Below, in pieces: positions 47,147 through 58,725 of a stretch of DNA of 64,000 bases (position 1 is its first letter; the number at the start of each line of letters is the position of its first letter). The notes beneath the pieces are model-generated. The model had not been told where the DNA came from. It did not search any database and saw only the letters and a list, made by a program, of their open reading frames with translations. The position numbers and the translations under genes were made by a program. This DNA is from Clostridiales bacterium (GTDB taxonomy: Bacteria > Bacillota > Clostridia > Lachnospirales > Vallitaleaceae), in the NCBI GenBank assembly GCA_024636985.1, contig JAGXFY010000045.1, positions 3,368 to 67,367 of the forward strand. The letters run 5' to 3'.

Positions 47147-50100
47147 ATGAAAACGTTAAAATATAGGCGCATAATTATAGGCATTTTGATCATAACCTTA
47201 GTAGCTGCACTTGGTATCGTGCCCATGGAGCTTGAAGCAGCCGATGGTTCTTTGATATGGAGAAAACTTGACACCATGGATACCAACTTCACCATAATTA
47301 ATAATAAGGCCGGCGCTAACGAAATCTTACTAGAGTTAGATTTGGTTGCTACAGGTAGCTATGCTTTGTTTTATCACCTAGAAGACGGACGTCAAACTGA
47401 AATTCGGTTTCAACAAGCCTATGAGAAAGTAGATGTGAAGTATTTTGTCAGAGAAGATCTAGGCGCAACCAATGTCACCCAAGACCTTGTCTCTAGTTCT
47501 TATCTCCAGATGGATTATAATCTTACGGTACCGGATTGGCGCTATGATGGTGCTAAGCTTGTGGGTGCATCTGGTGGCTTGGAATTTAGTATACCAAGAT
47601 CAGCCAGTTCTCAGTACCCTGGTGTTGCCTTTGAAGTGGACAACAAAAGAGTCTATATTAAGTGGGATTTTCAACTTGGGAAAGCCTTTGTACTTATAAG
47701 GAATTACAACAATGGATTTATCATGCCAGTAAGTTATGAAAAGCCAAACGGTTCTACCGAGAACATAAAAGTTCTCAAAGGATTGGAAGGCTTTACAGTT
47801 ACGCCTACCCATTTAAGAGAAAATGAAGCAGGAACAGCCAACATTGAGATCAAACCCATAACACAGCCCACAGATACAGGTAATAAACCGGGGAACAGAC
47901 CCGGACTGGATATTAAGTTCAAACAACCAAAAGAACTGGAAGTTGGTACATGGACCTATGATTATGATCTAACCAATCTAAGTGATATTAGTGCCATATT
48001 AGAACTTGATGATATTGGCTCTGAATCCTACCTAGATTTTAATTTCAGACTAAAAGACTTTGGTGATCCGGATAATAGCAATCCGGTATACGAGCTGGAT
48101 GCAGATGATGCAGCTGCCAACGTGGATGTTGGCTATGACTACGACCCTCTTACCCATGAATATAGGGTTAGACTTGTCAAAGATAACTCGGACTTATTTG
48201 ATGACGGTAAGACCATCCAGTGGTCAGAGCTTGAAGCCAGTCGTATTTACAATGTCAATATTGGCTTTCAGGTAGATCTAGATGCGGTCGGTTTTGAGAC
48301 GTATGGCTTTACCGGTTATAGACCCATCAATGGTTTTGGTTATACATTCATGGCTTATGAATTAAAACGTGCCAATGCAAAAGAAGCTTATCTGGATATC
48401 GTACCTTATGACATTGGTAGTCAGGGAGATGTGGAGTATATTATCCTCTATAGCAAAGTCATTAAACCTGAGCTGGACCCAAATGGTGATTTGTGGCTTA
48501 AGAATTATCATTCTACATCCGGGGATAATGATCAGATTTTTATTCCTGTGCCTTTTCAAAGCACATCTTCACAAGATGCCTATCAGGTATTTGTGAATTT
48601 TGCTGGGGTGCAGATACGATCTCAAGTTCTGAATTATAAGGCAATCGAGGACCAGAATGTACCTCCAACCACACCGGCAATTAGGACCATAGAGAATCTA
48701 ATTGTAGTCCCTCCTCTTGATGATACCGACAACCCAACGAAGGTAGAGATGGACTTGGTATGGGATGCACCAACCAACAAAACAGTTAAAGAATTGGATG
48801 AAATATTCCAGGATGGCGGATCACTTTACTATGAATTATCTGTAAATGAAGTGCCGACCAATAGTATAGACAATCCATATCAAGTCATTAAAGTCTTTGA
48901 GGTCATAAAAGATGGTGCGCTATATAAACTGAAGCAGCATGATGATGTACCTGGAACCTTACCGACACCATCTGAACAACTCAACTATGATTTTGGATAC
49001 AATAGTACCGATGAACGTCTCAGACTGGATAAGATTGTGCTCTATGAAAATGGGTCATGGATTAATACTCTAGACACCCTAATTGATGAAGAGGCCGTGA
49101 TACCTTATGAAGTATCAGATTCGGGAACCCCTTATGATTTTGAGTTTCCTGGGGTCAATTATTTAAGAATAAAAGCCATAACTGTAATAGACGACGTTGT
49201 ATCTGAGTCTCAGATGTCCATACCGGCCAGTCTTTCACTTAGCATGATTACATATGATGTTCCTGTTGTGGATACATTGACCTACGACCCACTATATGGC
49301 AATGTGGAAGATCGTTCAACAGGTGTCACTCTAAAATGGCATACAGTGGATGTTGCCAACTATGAGAACAATATGCTAAGCCCCATTAACAAAGGGATAG
49401 AAAGTGTTGATTATAAAATCTATATCTCAGAAGTATTGGACCAAGTTTTACCATTAAACGAGGATGACTTAGATTATACATTACTGAATATGACGAATGA
49501 AGGATTAACCGTCATCGATGACGATGCCATAAGCGAACTAAGAAATGGTGAAGTGGTTTACTTTGTCCGTTCTACACCAAATGGTATCAATACTGATTTA
49601 AGTGTAGACGTTCAGGGTCTAGATGCCAACAAAACCTACTATGTACGTGTGGTAACACAGCTTGAGATTACCGATGATGAACCCAGAGTATCGGAACCCT
49701 CCAGTGTATTAAGTGCTACAGTACCACAGACCCCGATACCACCGGGAGATGAAGAGATTTTTCCATTAGCGCCTGAAGGCTTTACAGTTGATTATGCCGA
49801 TGAAGGTTTGTTAAATGCAGGCTTAACTTGGTATATACCAAATGCAATGGTATTTGATGATGACATGAATGGCTTTGAAGTTTTGGCGATAGAAGATAGG
49901 GCACTTCCTGAGAATCTATCATCAAAGGCCATTAGTATAACAGATATATTAGAGGGGACTACGCTTAGTGATGATGTTGTCGAAGGGTGGCGTATCTATA
50001 AACATGAGGGCACAACTTACTTAAAAAAATATAACCGACAGACAGGTCTATGGGAAGATAAAGATCTGGCTTTGCTTGTCATTGAAAATAATCGATTCTA

Positions 50101-52009
50101 TATGATTGATGCTGCCAATGCACCTAATAAAGTGAATTACTACTACATAAGGTCAACAAAAATGGAAGATGAATTGATTACCAATACGTCACCTTGGGTA
50201 CCGGGTACCCTAACCACTGCACCTGTAAAAGGCCCCATTAATCTCATTATTGATTATGAATCCGGTTATACTTACGAACCAAAGACAGAGTTGGTTGTTC
50301 GTTTTGATGCGCCAATATCAGATTTGGACCAGATTGGTACAGATTACCGAATTGAAGTATTTGTAAAAGGTGAAGACGATGTGGATTATAGCACGATTAA
50401 GTACCCCTCCATACTGCTTGGAGACACAACTGGTGGCCCTGTAGGTTATACGAGACTCCATTATAAAGTAACGGAACTAAAGCCGGGCAAAACCTATAGC
50501 ATCAAAGTGCGTATCGAGGACAGAACAAAACCGGAGGAAATACTACCGGATGGATCTAGGGTTTATCCGAAATCGCCCTATTCCGAAATCGTTGTCTCAA
50601 GAACAGAATTTGACCAAGAGGATTATGATAAGGAAAATAAATACTATGAATATATTGATTATTACTTAAGAAAAGCGGAAGCTTTAAAACAACTCATTTA
50701 TTTCAAGATGATTGACACCAGTAGAGAAACAGCGGTAAAATATCGTGAAAATTATGGTGAAGGTATTATAAAAAGAACCATGAATGGTGAGCTTACGCTA
50801 TATTCAGATAATAAAGCCACCAACACCTATTATTTGCCATCCAACTCACTTGAGTCGATCAACGGATACAATGTAACCATAAAAATCCAGAGTAAAAATC
50901 AAGTGGTAGGTATAAGACCAAGAACCATTGGCGTAAACATCACAAAAGAAGTAGGTGAGATGGTAGAAGAGATTAGACGCTACAATAGCACCTATAAAGA
51001 TTATTACTTAAGAATCAAGATACATACAGACACCTTCACCGGAAAGATCAATAACATTACCCCTTCGAGTGAATTGGTACAAGTTGAGCTGGCTTTGGTC
51101 GGTAGTTTACAATTAGAAGAAGAGATTGATCGGCTTATGGTCAGTTCACTAGATAGCATTATTGCGGGCAATAAAGCTGAGTTGATACTAGATATCGAAA
51201 ATGAACTAAAGAAAGGTATTAATGATACACAACTTATCGGTATCGTCGATCAGAGGGTTAAAATGGTGGAAGAAGACTATATTGATCGAGCATCAGATCT
51301 ATATTTTGACAACATCAGCGCCAATGTTACAACCATTAGCCAGCCAACGAAAGCTATATATATGGCCTTAGCCCCAATAAAAAGTCCTGCTAATAACGAA
51401 ATGTACACCCGAGAGAATAACACATGGAAAAAGGTAAATAGTACATACTTTAATAACAGACATTATGTAGATACCGTAAAGCTTAATCCTTATATACTGT
51501 TACCATCATCCAATACATCTGTTGATTTGGTTCAGCTCTACGCTCAGGATGGTATTGATGTCATCAATTATTATAATCTGTCCAGTATTTTTACGGCCAA
51601 TGATTTTCAAAGTCCGACAAAAACAATTCAGAAATACCAGTGGATCTCTGCACTTGCAAGACTCCTAGGTGCACCTGAAGGCCAGGATACGGCGGATTAC
51701 TTGAGAACCAGAGGCATTAATGCAACAACACTCAACAATTATCAACCACTTAGAAACGATCAAGCCCTAGGCTTGTATATTGACACATATGCCTATCGCC
51801 ATAAGATTAATCTAAGCAGGGTGGCTATTACCAACTACAATATCATAACAGACATTGGAGAAGCAGATGTAGCACTTAGACAAAAGCTCATTATCGGTGC
51901 AAATTTGGGCATCATTAAGCCGGTAAACGGTAGAATAAGTCCAAGTCAAAGCATTAACATGAAAGACACAATGAAACTATTGATTACATTACATAAGGGC
52001 TTGAATTAA
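47147..52009 (+). CDS. ~1620-aa secreted beta-rich (FN3-like) surface protein with a degenerate SLH-like C-terminus
   Basis: Signal peptide ending ELEA|A; FN3-like strands (LVWDAP, LTWY, GLDANKTYYVRV, ELKPGKTYSIKV); SLH-like tail GANLGIIKP...ISPSQSINMKD. Confidence 0.75.
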   Translation: MKTLKYRRIIIGILIITLVAALGIVPMELEAADGSLIWRKLDTMDTNFTIINNKAGANEILLELDLVATGSYALFYHLEDGRQTEIRFQQAYEKVDVKYFVREDLGATNVTQDLVSSSYLQMDYNLTVPDWRYDGAKLVGASGGLEFSIPRSASSQYPGVAFEVDNKRVYIKWDFQLGKAFVLIRNYNNGFIMPVSYEKPNGSTENIKVLKGLEGFTVTPTHLRENEAGTANIEIKPITQPTDTGNKPGNRPGLDIKFKQPKELEVGTWTYDYDLTNLSDISAILELDDIGSESYLDFNFRLKDFGDPDNSNPVYELDADDAAANVDVGYDYDPLTHEYRVRLVKDNSDLFDDGKTIQWSELEASRIYNVNIGFQVDLDAVGFETYGFTGYRPINGFGYTFMAYELKRANAKEAYLDIVPYDIGSQGDVEYIILYSKVIKPELDPNGDLWLKNYHSTSGDNDQIFIPVPFQSTSSQDAYQVFVNFAGVQIRSQVLNYKAIEDQNVPPTTPAIRTIENLIVVPPLDDTDNPTKVEMDLVWDAPTNKTVKELDEIFQDGGSLYYELSVNEVPTNSIDNPYQVIKVFEVIKDGALYKLKQHDDVPGTLPTPSEQLNYDFGYNSTDERLRLDKIVLYENGSWINTLDTLIDEEAVIPYEVSDSGTPYDFEFPGVNYLRIKAITVIDDVVSESQMSIPASLSLSMITYDVPVVDTLTYDPLYGNVEDRSTGVTLKWHTVDVANYENNMLSPINKGIESVDYKIYISEVLDQVLPLNEDDLDYTLLNMTNEGLTVIDDDAISELRNGEVVYFVRSTPNGINTDLSVDVQGLDANKTYYVRVVTQLEITDDEPRVSEPSSVLSATVPQTPIPPGDEEIFPLAPEGFTVDYADEGLLNAGLTWYIPNAMVFDDDMNGFEVLAIEDRALPENLSSKAISITDILEGTTLSDDVVEGWRIYKHEGTTYLKKYNRQTGLWEDKDLALLVIENNRFYMIDAANAPNKVNYYYIRSTKMEDELITNTSPWVPGTLTTAPVKGPINLIIDYESGYTYEPKTELVVRFDAPISDLDQIGTDYRIEVFVKGEDDVDYSTIKYPSILLGDTTGGPVGYTRLHYKVTELKPGKTYSIKVRIEDRTKPEEILPDGSRVYPKSPYSEIVVSRTEFDQEDYDKENKYYEYIDYYLRKAEALKQLIYFKMIDTSRETAVKYRENYGEGIIKRTMNGELTLYSDNKATNTYYLPSNSLESINGYNVTIKIQSKNQVVGIRPRTIGVNITKEVGEMVEEIRRYNSTYKDYYLRIKIHTDTFTGKINNITPSSELVQVELALVGSLQLEEEIDRLMVSSLDSIIAGNKAELILDIENELKKGINDTQLIGIVDQRVKMVEEDYIDRASDLYFDNISANVTTISQPTKAIYMALAPIKSPANNEMYTRENNTWKKVNSTYFNNRHYVDTVKLNPYILLPSSNTSVDLVQLYAQDGIDVINYYNLSSIFTANDFQSPTKTIQKYQWISALARLLGAPEGQDTADYLRTRGINATTLNNYQPLRNDQALGLYIDTYAYRHKINLSRVAITNYNIITDIGEADVALRQKLIIGANLGIIKPVNGRISPSQSINMKDTMKLLITLHKGLN

Positions 52010-52023
52010 TGGGAGGTACCTAT

Positions 52024-55000
52024 ATGAAAAAAATAGTGGTATGGACACTGATAGTAGCCATAATGATGAGTACCATGAACATGAGTTATGCTAATATCCA
52101 GTTGCCTGTAGAGCGACTTAACATTGATAATATCTTTTTTGTGGTTGGTGAAAACATCATTACAGGGGATCCGATTATTAATCCAACCATGAACATCAGT
52201 TGGGAAGATCCGGATGAATGGGCAGATGGTGATATTGTTCATACGCCTGAATTTTATGAAGTCATAGTAAAGAATATAACCTTAGGAACCAGCACCACCA
52301 TTCGTGTGAATGCCGGATCTCAGGAATTTATTAACAAGACGATGGAGGTTCACAACAAGATGAATCTTCAGACAGGCTGTTTTTATGAGATCAACATTCA
52401 ACCCTATCATTATCATATTGTTGATAACAACGGTACGGACGTTTATGTCCTAGCGCCTTTAGCCCAAGCACCTGTTAAAGCTTATGGGATTACTGACATG
52501 CAAGTTGACTTTGAGAGCAATGAAGATTCTATACAAGTCATCTGGGATGACTTAGGTTTACCTGAGTTTCAGTACCGTATAGTATATGCAATAGGGGATT
52601 ATTCCAGTCGTACCAAGCAAGAACTGTTAAATAACAAAGAAGGGGAAATAACCGGTTTATCCATTGATAGGGACGATGTAACCTCTTTCTACGATCCTGT
52701 AGCAAGACGACAAAAGTTATCTTATACCATTAGTAATAACATTTATCCGGGACAAGTTTATTCAGTTATGGTTGAACCGATGGTAGATTATTATAATGGT
52801 GATACCATTGTCAGAAACCGTAATTTCCCACTTATTAAGAGTCTATCCACGAATGTAGAACTTTCTTTGGTGGAAGATGGGGATTACTTACGTCTCCAAT
52901 GGGAGATTCCGGCTAGCTTTAGAGTAGGACAAGCACAAGAAGAGTATGCTCTCGTTGAGGCAGTCCTCATGGAATATCAAGGTGGTAGGGGGCGTAATTT
53001 GGTCATTTTTGATGGCGAGGCAGCTTCCATCGGTTACTACCGATTACAAAAACCCATTATCGAAACAGAATATGAATTGAAACTTACTTACAAGGCGGTA
53101 GCAGATGCATCAAAACCTCCAATAGAGCCCATTTCCAATCGTCTACGTTATGTACCTTCTGAATTTTTAATCAAGCCGACAAAACCCTATGTCCCAAGTG
53201 TGATATCACCGAGTATCATACAAGATCTGAAGCAAGGTAATACATTGGATCAGATTAGGACCATATTATCAGACAAATACTTGATACCCGGTTATAGCTA
53301 TACAGGCAGTGTGGATGATCTTATCAGTCAGAACGTTACCTATCATGTTGATGCTTACAACACAGCCATTAACTTTACTTGGGGCGCGTTTCAAAGAATC
53401 GATGTCAATCCGGCATCCGGTACCTATGGTGAAAATATTTACGATACGAATGTGTATTATGATATCTGGGTGACAGACGAACTCAGTACGATGGCTTATG
53501 CAACACCAATCGTGAATGAAGTACGTTATAATTCACCAACAGACAACCATGTACTCCTAAATTCAGAAAACCAAATCATCGGCTTTAGAGAGCCACTTAA
53601 TTTTTATTATGATACGAGTCAAAACGAGATTATTGAAATCAAACCTAACGAAATATACTATATTAAGGTGCAGGCGAAAAAAATAACGTCTCAAGGCACC
53701 TTGGTTTCTGACCCTACGATTACGGCCATTTATTATACCTATGGTGGAGATGCTTTTGAACCACCTACCATAGCTAAGCCACCACTTAAGGTCAAAGACA
53801 GTGAAACCACACAGACCGGAATAACTTTGAATTGGAAAGAATCCTGGTATGAAGTTATTGGGAAAAATGTTGATGTGGACAACCCTCTTAATACTTGGCA
53901 GCATCAAGTATGGGTAGAAGCCGATGGTAGCATTCATACCACACCTAAAACAGGCGCTGAGTATTTTCCTGTATACTTGGGCAACGAAGAGATAGTGAAG
54001 CTACAAAACTATCTTGACGGCATAGTAGGGCTAGATCCGATCGAGCTTATTCAAAGGAAGGTAGACCTTGGTACCGATGACTTTGGTGTTTCAGACGTTA
54101 AATATAAGTTTATAAAAATACCCTATCAACAAGTTTTAGAAACCATCACAACCAGACAAAATGTGAATTCGTCATTTACTTTTGAAGATTACTATAACGA
54201 ACTGATAGAAAATGATAAGGATGGGAGTGTGCCATTATCATGGACCGACATCGTACCTTATTCCGATACTACCGACAATACCTATTTGGCCTATAGAGAG
54301 AATGGTTTAATGGCGAACACATCATACCTATTCATCTTATATCCATATAGAGAGATGTTTGGTGATGCGTTGTTATATGCTCATTACCCAACGCCTATTG
54401 TTGTGTCCACCAACCCTGAAACCGTTATTATTAATCCGGATCCAACAGTACCGTCGGTTTATGTAACCAATTACACTTCCTCCGATATAACTGTTACATG
54501 GAAGTATAATTTAGACTTTGAGTATGAGTTGGTATATGGTCGATCCGATGATATTACAAAAGCAAAACCTGTACCGATTACATTACCGACCAATCAATTG
54601 GATCCGGCTTACCCACAAGACGGGGCTTACTATGACGTTGTAGTTGATGATTTGTTCCCACTAACCAGTTACTATTTCTGGGTAAGGGCAAAACAGACCA
54701 GTAACAGTAAGGTATCACAGTGGAGCAATCCGGTTGTCGGACAAACAAGGGATGCGACTGCACCTGTACCACCAAGAGGTGTTGGTATAGCCCCCAAATC
54801 CAGAACAGAAGTCCATGGCTATGATGCCGGTGTAACTGAAAATTATATCATTATAGATTGGCTCAAAGACCTAAATGATGTACCACAAAACACAGATCTA
54901 AAAGTAAAAACCAACTATACCTATATCATGGAAGTGGCAGACAATCCAAAGTTCATCGACCCAATCTATATTGAAAGCGCCGGTGGAAATGGAGACGTTA

Positions 55001-56421
55001 TACCGGATGATGTAGAGATCCTTGAGAAGAATTTGGTTAAAATCAATAATTTAATTCCTAATCGTAACTACTACGTACGTATGAAGACGCGCTTAACGAT
55101 TACAGGTAGTGAACAAGGTCAATTGCTTATAAAAGAATCACCATCTTATACCATACCCATTAGGGTCATCACTTTAGCATCCGGGACTGAATACGATGGT
55201 TACATAGACCCCGGGACATCCATATTGCCGACAGAAGATTTTGAATGGATTTATAATCCGGCTCAAGAATCTTTGGAATACCGTTTTAGAGACGAAGGCA
55301 CAGATACTTCAGGTGCAGCAGATAACTATGTCAATCAACGTCTGATTTCAAAGTTGATTCGTGATAAAGCATATGAATATGTTATAGATTTGAATCGGTT
55401 TGAAGGCAAAAAAATTAGCAGTCGTAAAATCACCATACCTTATACCATTATGGAGGCCTTCTCCAAGTATCAGATTAAGGTTAAGATAGAAGCAGATGAT
55501 CTTACTATTGAAATGCCCGCAAAGGCCATTATGGGGATTATTAACAAGCAGGTTGATGCCCATGGTGTAGCGCCACACGTTATTGTGAATATAGAGAATC
55601 TAGACCAGGCAGCAACCATAGCTCAGATTCAAGATGTATCTTTAACAACCATAGCTAACCCGAAACAAGTGTCAATGTCCGTTACAAGTAATAGACAAGT
55701 GGATACCGTTCGTTACTTGGATCAACCCATGACGCTTGGACTCAAAACAACATCGGTTTATGATTTGAATCTTTCGGATACGGCATTATATATTAAAGAT
55801 GCCAATGCGGATTGGTCAAAAACCGACAATGGTCGATATAGCACGGCAACCGGTATGATGTCTTTTGAAACCGCTGATGTCGGTAGCTATGGCCTCTTCG
55901 CTGTCAGTCGTCCAACCAATATACCTGGAATTCATGTGGCTCCTGCCCACTGGTCAGAGCCTTATAGACGTGATCTTTATAGTCGCTATACCATAAATGG
56001 TATACAAAATTATGACCCAAATGGGAAGATCAGTGAAAAAAATCTGGTACAAGCGGTTTATGGCTCTGTAACAGATGCGGATACGATTGATTTATCTGCA
56101 TTACTTTCGGATCAAAACATGACAACTTTGCTCCGCTCAGGTATCAAGACGAACGAAAGTCAGACCAAGGCAACCGTCACAAGAGAAGAAGCATTGAGTG
56201 TATTTGTGCGTGGTTATGAGATTATGAACAATACCGTTATTGAGTTGGATAACACCATCTATAACAGAATTAGAAATGATCGTAACATTAACTCGGCCTA
56301 CTACACCAATCTAACGAAGGCTGCAACACTGGGTCTCATATCAGATACAAGTACCATAAGACCCAAGGATACCATGACTTATGGTGAGTTCTACACGATT
56401 TGGTCAAGGACCCTTAGATAA
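52024..56421 (+). CDS. ~1465-aa secreted FN3-like surface protein with a degenerate SLH-like C-terminus
   Basis: Signal peptide ending SYA|N; DLFPLTSYYFWVRA and NLIPNRNYYVRM FN3 motifs; TREEA and LGLISD...IRPKDTMTYGE SLH-like segments. Confidence 0.75.
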   Translation: MKKIVVWTLIVAIMMSTMNMSYANIQLPVERLNIDNIFFVVGENIITGDPIINPTMNISWEDPDEWADGDIVHTPEFYEVIVKNITLGTSTTIRVNAGSQEFINKTMEVHNKMNLQTGCFYEINIQPYHYHIVDNNGTDVYVLAPLAQAPVKAYGITDMQVDFESNEDSIQVIWDDLGLPEFQYRIVYAIGDYSSRTKQELLNNKEGEITGLSIDRDDVTSFYDPVARRQKLSYTISNNIYPGQVYSVMVEPMVDYYNGDTIVRNRNFPLIKSLSTNVELSLVEDGDYLRLQWEIPASFRVGQAQEEYALVEAVLMEYQGGRGRNLVIFDGEAASIGYYRLQKPIIETEYELKLTYKAVADASKPPIEPISNRLRYVPSEFLIKPTKPYVPSVISPSIIQDLKQGNTLDQIRTILSDKYLIPGYSYTGSVDDLISQNVTYHVDAYNTAINFTWGAFQRIDVNPASGTYGENIYDTNVYYDIWVTDELSTMAYATPIVNEVRYNSPTDNHVLLNSENQIIGFREPLNFYYDTSQNEIIEIKPNEIYYIKVQAKKITSQGTLVSDPTITAIYYTYGGDAFEPPTIAKPPLKVKDSETTQTGITLNWKESWYEVIGKNVDVDNPLNTWQHQVWVEADGSIHTTPKTGAEYFPVYLGNEEIVKLQNYLDGIVGLDPIELIQRKVDLGTDDFGVSDVKYKFIKIPYQQVLETITTRQNVNSSFTFEDYYNELIENDKDGSVPLSWTDIVPYSDTTDNTYLAYRENGLMANTSYLFILYPYREMFGDALLYAHYPTPIVVSTNPETVIINPDPTVPSVYVTNYTSSDITVTWKYNLDFEYELVYGRSDDITKAKPVPITLPTNQLDPAYPQDGAYYDVVVDDLFPLTSYYFWVRAKQTSNSKVSQWSNPVVGQTRDATAPVPPRGVGIAPKSRTEVHGYDAGVTENYIIIDWLKDLNDVPQNTDLKVKTNYTYIMEVADNPKFIDPIYIESAGGNGDVIPDDVEILEKNLVKINNLIPNRNYYVRMKTRLTITGSEQGQLLIKESPSYTIPIRVITLASGTEYDGYIDPGTSILPTEDFEWIYNPAQESLEYRFRDEGTDTSGAADNYVNQRLISKLIRDKAYEYVIDLNRFEGKKISSRKITIPYTIMEAFSKYQIKVKIEADDLTIEMPAKAIMGIINKQVDAHGVAPHVIVNIENLDQAATIAQIQDVSLTTIANPKQVSMSVTSNRQVDTVRYLDQPMTLGLKTTSVYDLNLSDTALYIKDANADWSKTDNGRYSTATGMMSFETADVGSYGLFAVSRPTNIPGIHVAPAHWSEPYRRDLYSRYTINGIQNYDPNGKISEKNLVQAVYGSVTDADTIDLSALLSDQNMTTLLRSGIKTNESQTKATVTREEALSVFVRGYEIMNNTVIELDNTIYNRIRNDRNINSAYYTNLTKAATLGLISDTSTIRPKDTMTYGEFYTIWSRTLR

Positions 56422-56432
56422 TGGGAGGACTT

Positions 56433-57311
56433 ATGATAGGATTTAAGAGAAGTTTTAAGAGAAGTCTCATAGGCATAGTTGTAATAGCCATGATCTGGGT
56501 GATGCCGGTTATGGGCGCACCTCGAGTTATAAGTGAGGTACAAGTCTTATCCGATCACAGTGCAGGAATCAAACTCTTTTGGTCAGATGAAGTTACAAAT
56601 ACGCCCATCGTTATAACAACATGGCGTTTTACAGACAGCCGAACGCTAGAAGTATATTATAGGTTAGAAAACAAAGAAGGGCAAAACTGGGATGAGAGAC
56701 AGATCAGTCATCCCACCTATACCTTTCCTATGAAAGTATATGTGTTACATGAAACAACAGGACAATTAGAGATGCCGGACATAGCAACCGGACAGAAATC
56801 TTATGAAGCTATTATGAACCTTTATCATAGAGGTATTATTAATGGTTATCCAGATGGTACTTTCAAACCTTTGAATCCGGTTACGAGAGCAGAGTTTTCA
56901 AAAATGCTTCTGATGACAGCAGGTTATAATGTGGATACCACCCTACCATCTCATTTTAGTGATGTTGGTCAGGATCATTGGTCCAGAAGCTTTGTCATGA
57001 CTTTAGCAGCCAGGGGTATCATAGAAGGTAAAGGCGATCAAATTTTTGACCCTCAAGGGCATATTACCATGGGTCAATTGCTGACGATTCTAAGTCGAAC
57101 CTTCAGAACCTATGAAACCAACACGCCTTACCCCTATAGTTTATCGAATCATTGGAGCAATACCTATTTTTTGGACGTGGTGAACCAAGGTCTGATACAA
57201 CCACAAGACACCTATTATTATCCCTATACACCGGATCGTAAAGCCACTCGGGAAGACTGTGCCGTTTTACTTTCCAGAGTTTTGGAACAATTACATGATG
57301 TTACAAAATAA
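56433..57311 (+). CDS. S-layer homology (SLH) domain protein
   Basis: GIINGYPDGTFKPLNPVTRAE, FSDV...HWS and ATRED SLH repeats after a short secreted domain. Confidence 0.88.
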   Translation: MIGFKRSFKRSLIGIVVIAMIWVMPVMGAPRVISEVQVLSDHSAGIKLFWSDEVTNTPIVITTWRFTDSRTLEVYYRLENKEGQNWDERQISHPTYTFPMKVYVLHETTGQLEMPDIATGQKSYEAIMNLYHRGIINGYPDGTFKPLNPVTRAEFSKMLLMTAGYNVDTTLPSHFSDVGQDHWSRSFVMTLAARGIIEGKGDQIFDPQGHITMGQLLTILSRTFRTYETNTPYPYSLSNHWSNTYFLDVVNQGLIQPQDTYYYPYTPDRKATREDCAVLLSRVLEQLHDVTK

Positions 57312-57343
57312 GGATGGTTACAAAAACAATGACGAAATCTAAG

Positions 57344-58483
57344 CTATAATTTCCGGATGGTTAGATCACTACCAAGATAATCTTGAAGCGTATCAAAACC
57401 GGATAAATCCATAGTACCAACCTTCTTAGAATCTGCTTTGATACCACGTATCAGCAGATTCTTTGGCGTATGGGTCATATCAATAAACTCAAGAATTTGC
57501 ACCTCATAACCATTGGCCTTTAACCAATTGGCACGCATAGCATCCGTGAACAGGGCAGCCACTCTTTCTTTGATGATGCCATATGACAATAAATCTTTTA
57601 GAGGCTCTATATGTATTTGTTGATTAAGTTCATGTTGACAACAGGGCACGGATAGAATAACTTGAGCATTCCAGTCTACGGCTTTTTTAAGCGCCAGGTC
57701 TGTAGCTGTATTACAAGCATGTAGTGTGACCATCATGTCGATGTCATGACTGGACTCATAATCAACAATATCCCCTTGCTCGAAACGAAGATGATCATAT
57801 TGACATGCCCTTGCCAGAGCATTACAATCTTCTATGACTTTTTCCTTTAGATCCAGGCCGATGATATCAACAGACTTACCTTTAATGGCGGTGAGATAAT
57901 GGTATAGTGCAAAAGTTAGATAGGATTTACCACAACCAAAATCAATAATTTTAATACGTTCTTTATGGTCTAAGACATAGAGCACATCCTCAACCATCTC
58001 AAGAAAACGGTTAATCTGCCTGAACTTGTCATATTTCTTTTTATGGACCTGACCGGCCTCAGTCATGACCCCTAATTTTACCAAATATGGGATTGGTATG
58101 CCCTCAGGAAGCAGGTATTGTTTCTGGCGGTCGTGGCTCAAATCGGGTTCTTTTTCAAAACTTGCCTGAGATTTCTTTAAGGTCATATGCCCCTTTTTAT
58201 TGATAAGCGCATGCCAAGTCAAATCACTTGAAAAACCATCTATTTGTTTAAAAAGATTCTGATCCAAATACCCATTAAGCACAATTAAAGCATCTTCAAA
58301 ACCATAATTTTTATGAAATACTTGAGTAGCAGAGTAGGATTGGAATTGGAATAATAACTGGTCGCTTTTTAAATAAGGTTTTATAACTACTTTTTTGATA
58401 GGGTGTTTTTTGAGCCTTGGGTGGCTAATGATGATCTGATGTAATTTCACGTTGAATTGTTTCTCTATAAAATCTCTATACAT
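57344..58483 (-). CDS. Class I SAM-dependent methyltransferase (Methyltransf_32-like)
   Basis: IIDFGCGKSYLTF, LHACNTATD, SVPCCQHE, HTPKNLLI. Confidence 0.88.
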   Translation of the reverse strand: MYRDFIEKQFNVKLHQIIISHPRLKKHPIKKVVIKPYLKSDQLLFQFQSYSATQVFHKNYGFEDALIVLNGYLDQNLFKQIDGFSSDLTWHALINKKGHMTLKKSQASFEKEPDLSHDRQKQYLLPEGIPIPYLVKLGVMTEAGQVHKKKYDKFRQINRFLEMVEDVLYVLDHKERIKIIDFGCGKSYLTFALYHYLTAIKGKSVDIIGLDLKEKVIEDCNALARACQYDHLRFEQGDIVDYESSHDIDMMVTLHACNTATDLALKKAVDWNAQVILSVPCCQHELNQQIHIEPLKDLLSYGIIKERVAALFTDAMRANWLKANGYEVQILEFIDMTHTPKNLLIRGIKADSKKVGTMDLSGFDTLQDYLGSDLTIRKL

Positions 58484-58725
58484 AATAGACCTCCTAGTAT
58501 TAATTTCCTAGATACATGATATGTATACATAATTTCCAAGTATACCAGCTTTTAGCTCTATTATAGTCTAGTAATACGGTACTGGCAATGTGGCAGATTG
58601 ATGGCAAGGTGAGGTCATTGTGATGACAGTTTGTTAAAATGGTTGATTTATACTAGGAATTCCGATAAAATAGAGTAGCTAGTCTAGAAAATGAAGGCCA
58701 AAAATAGGTAAACAAGGAGCTTAAA

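Noticed and set aside
46954-47166. 70-aa ORF after atpC
   Set aside because: It runs through the atp terminator (its F/L stretch is the T tract) and the next promoter.
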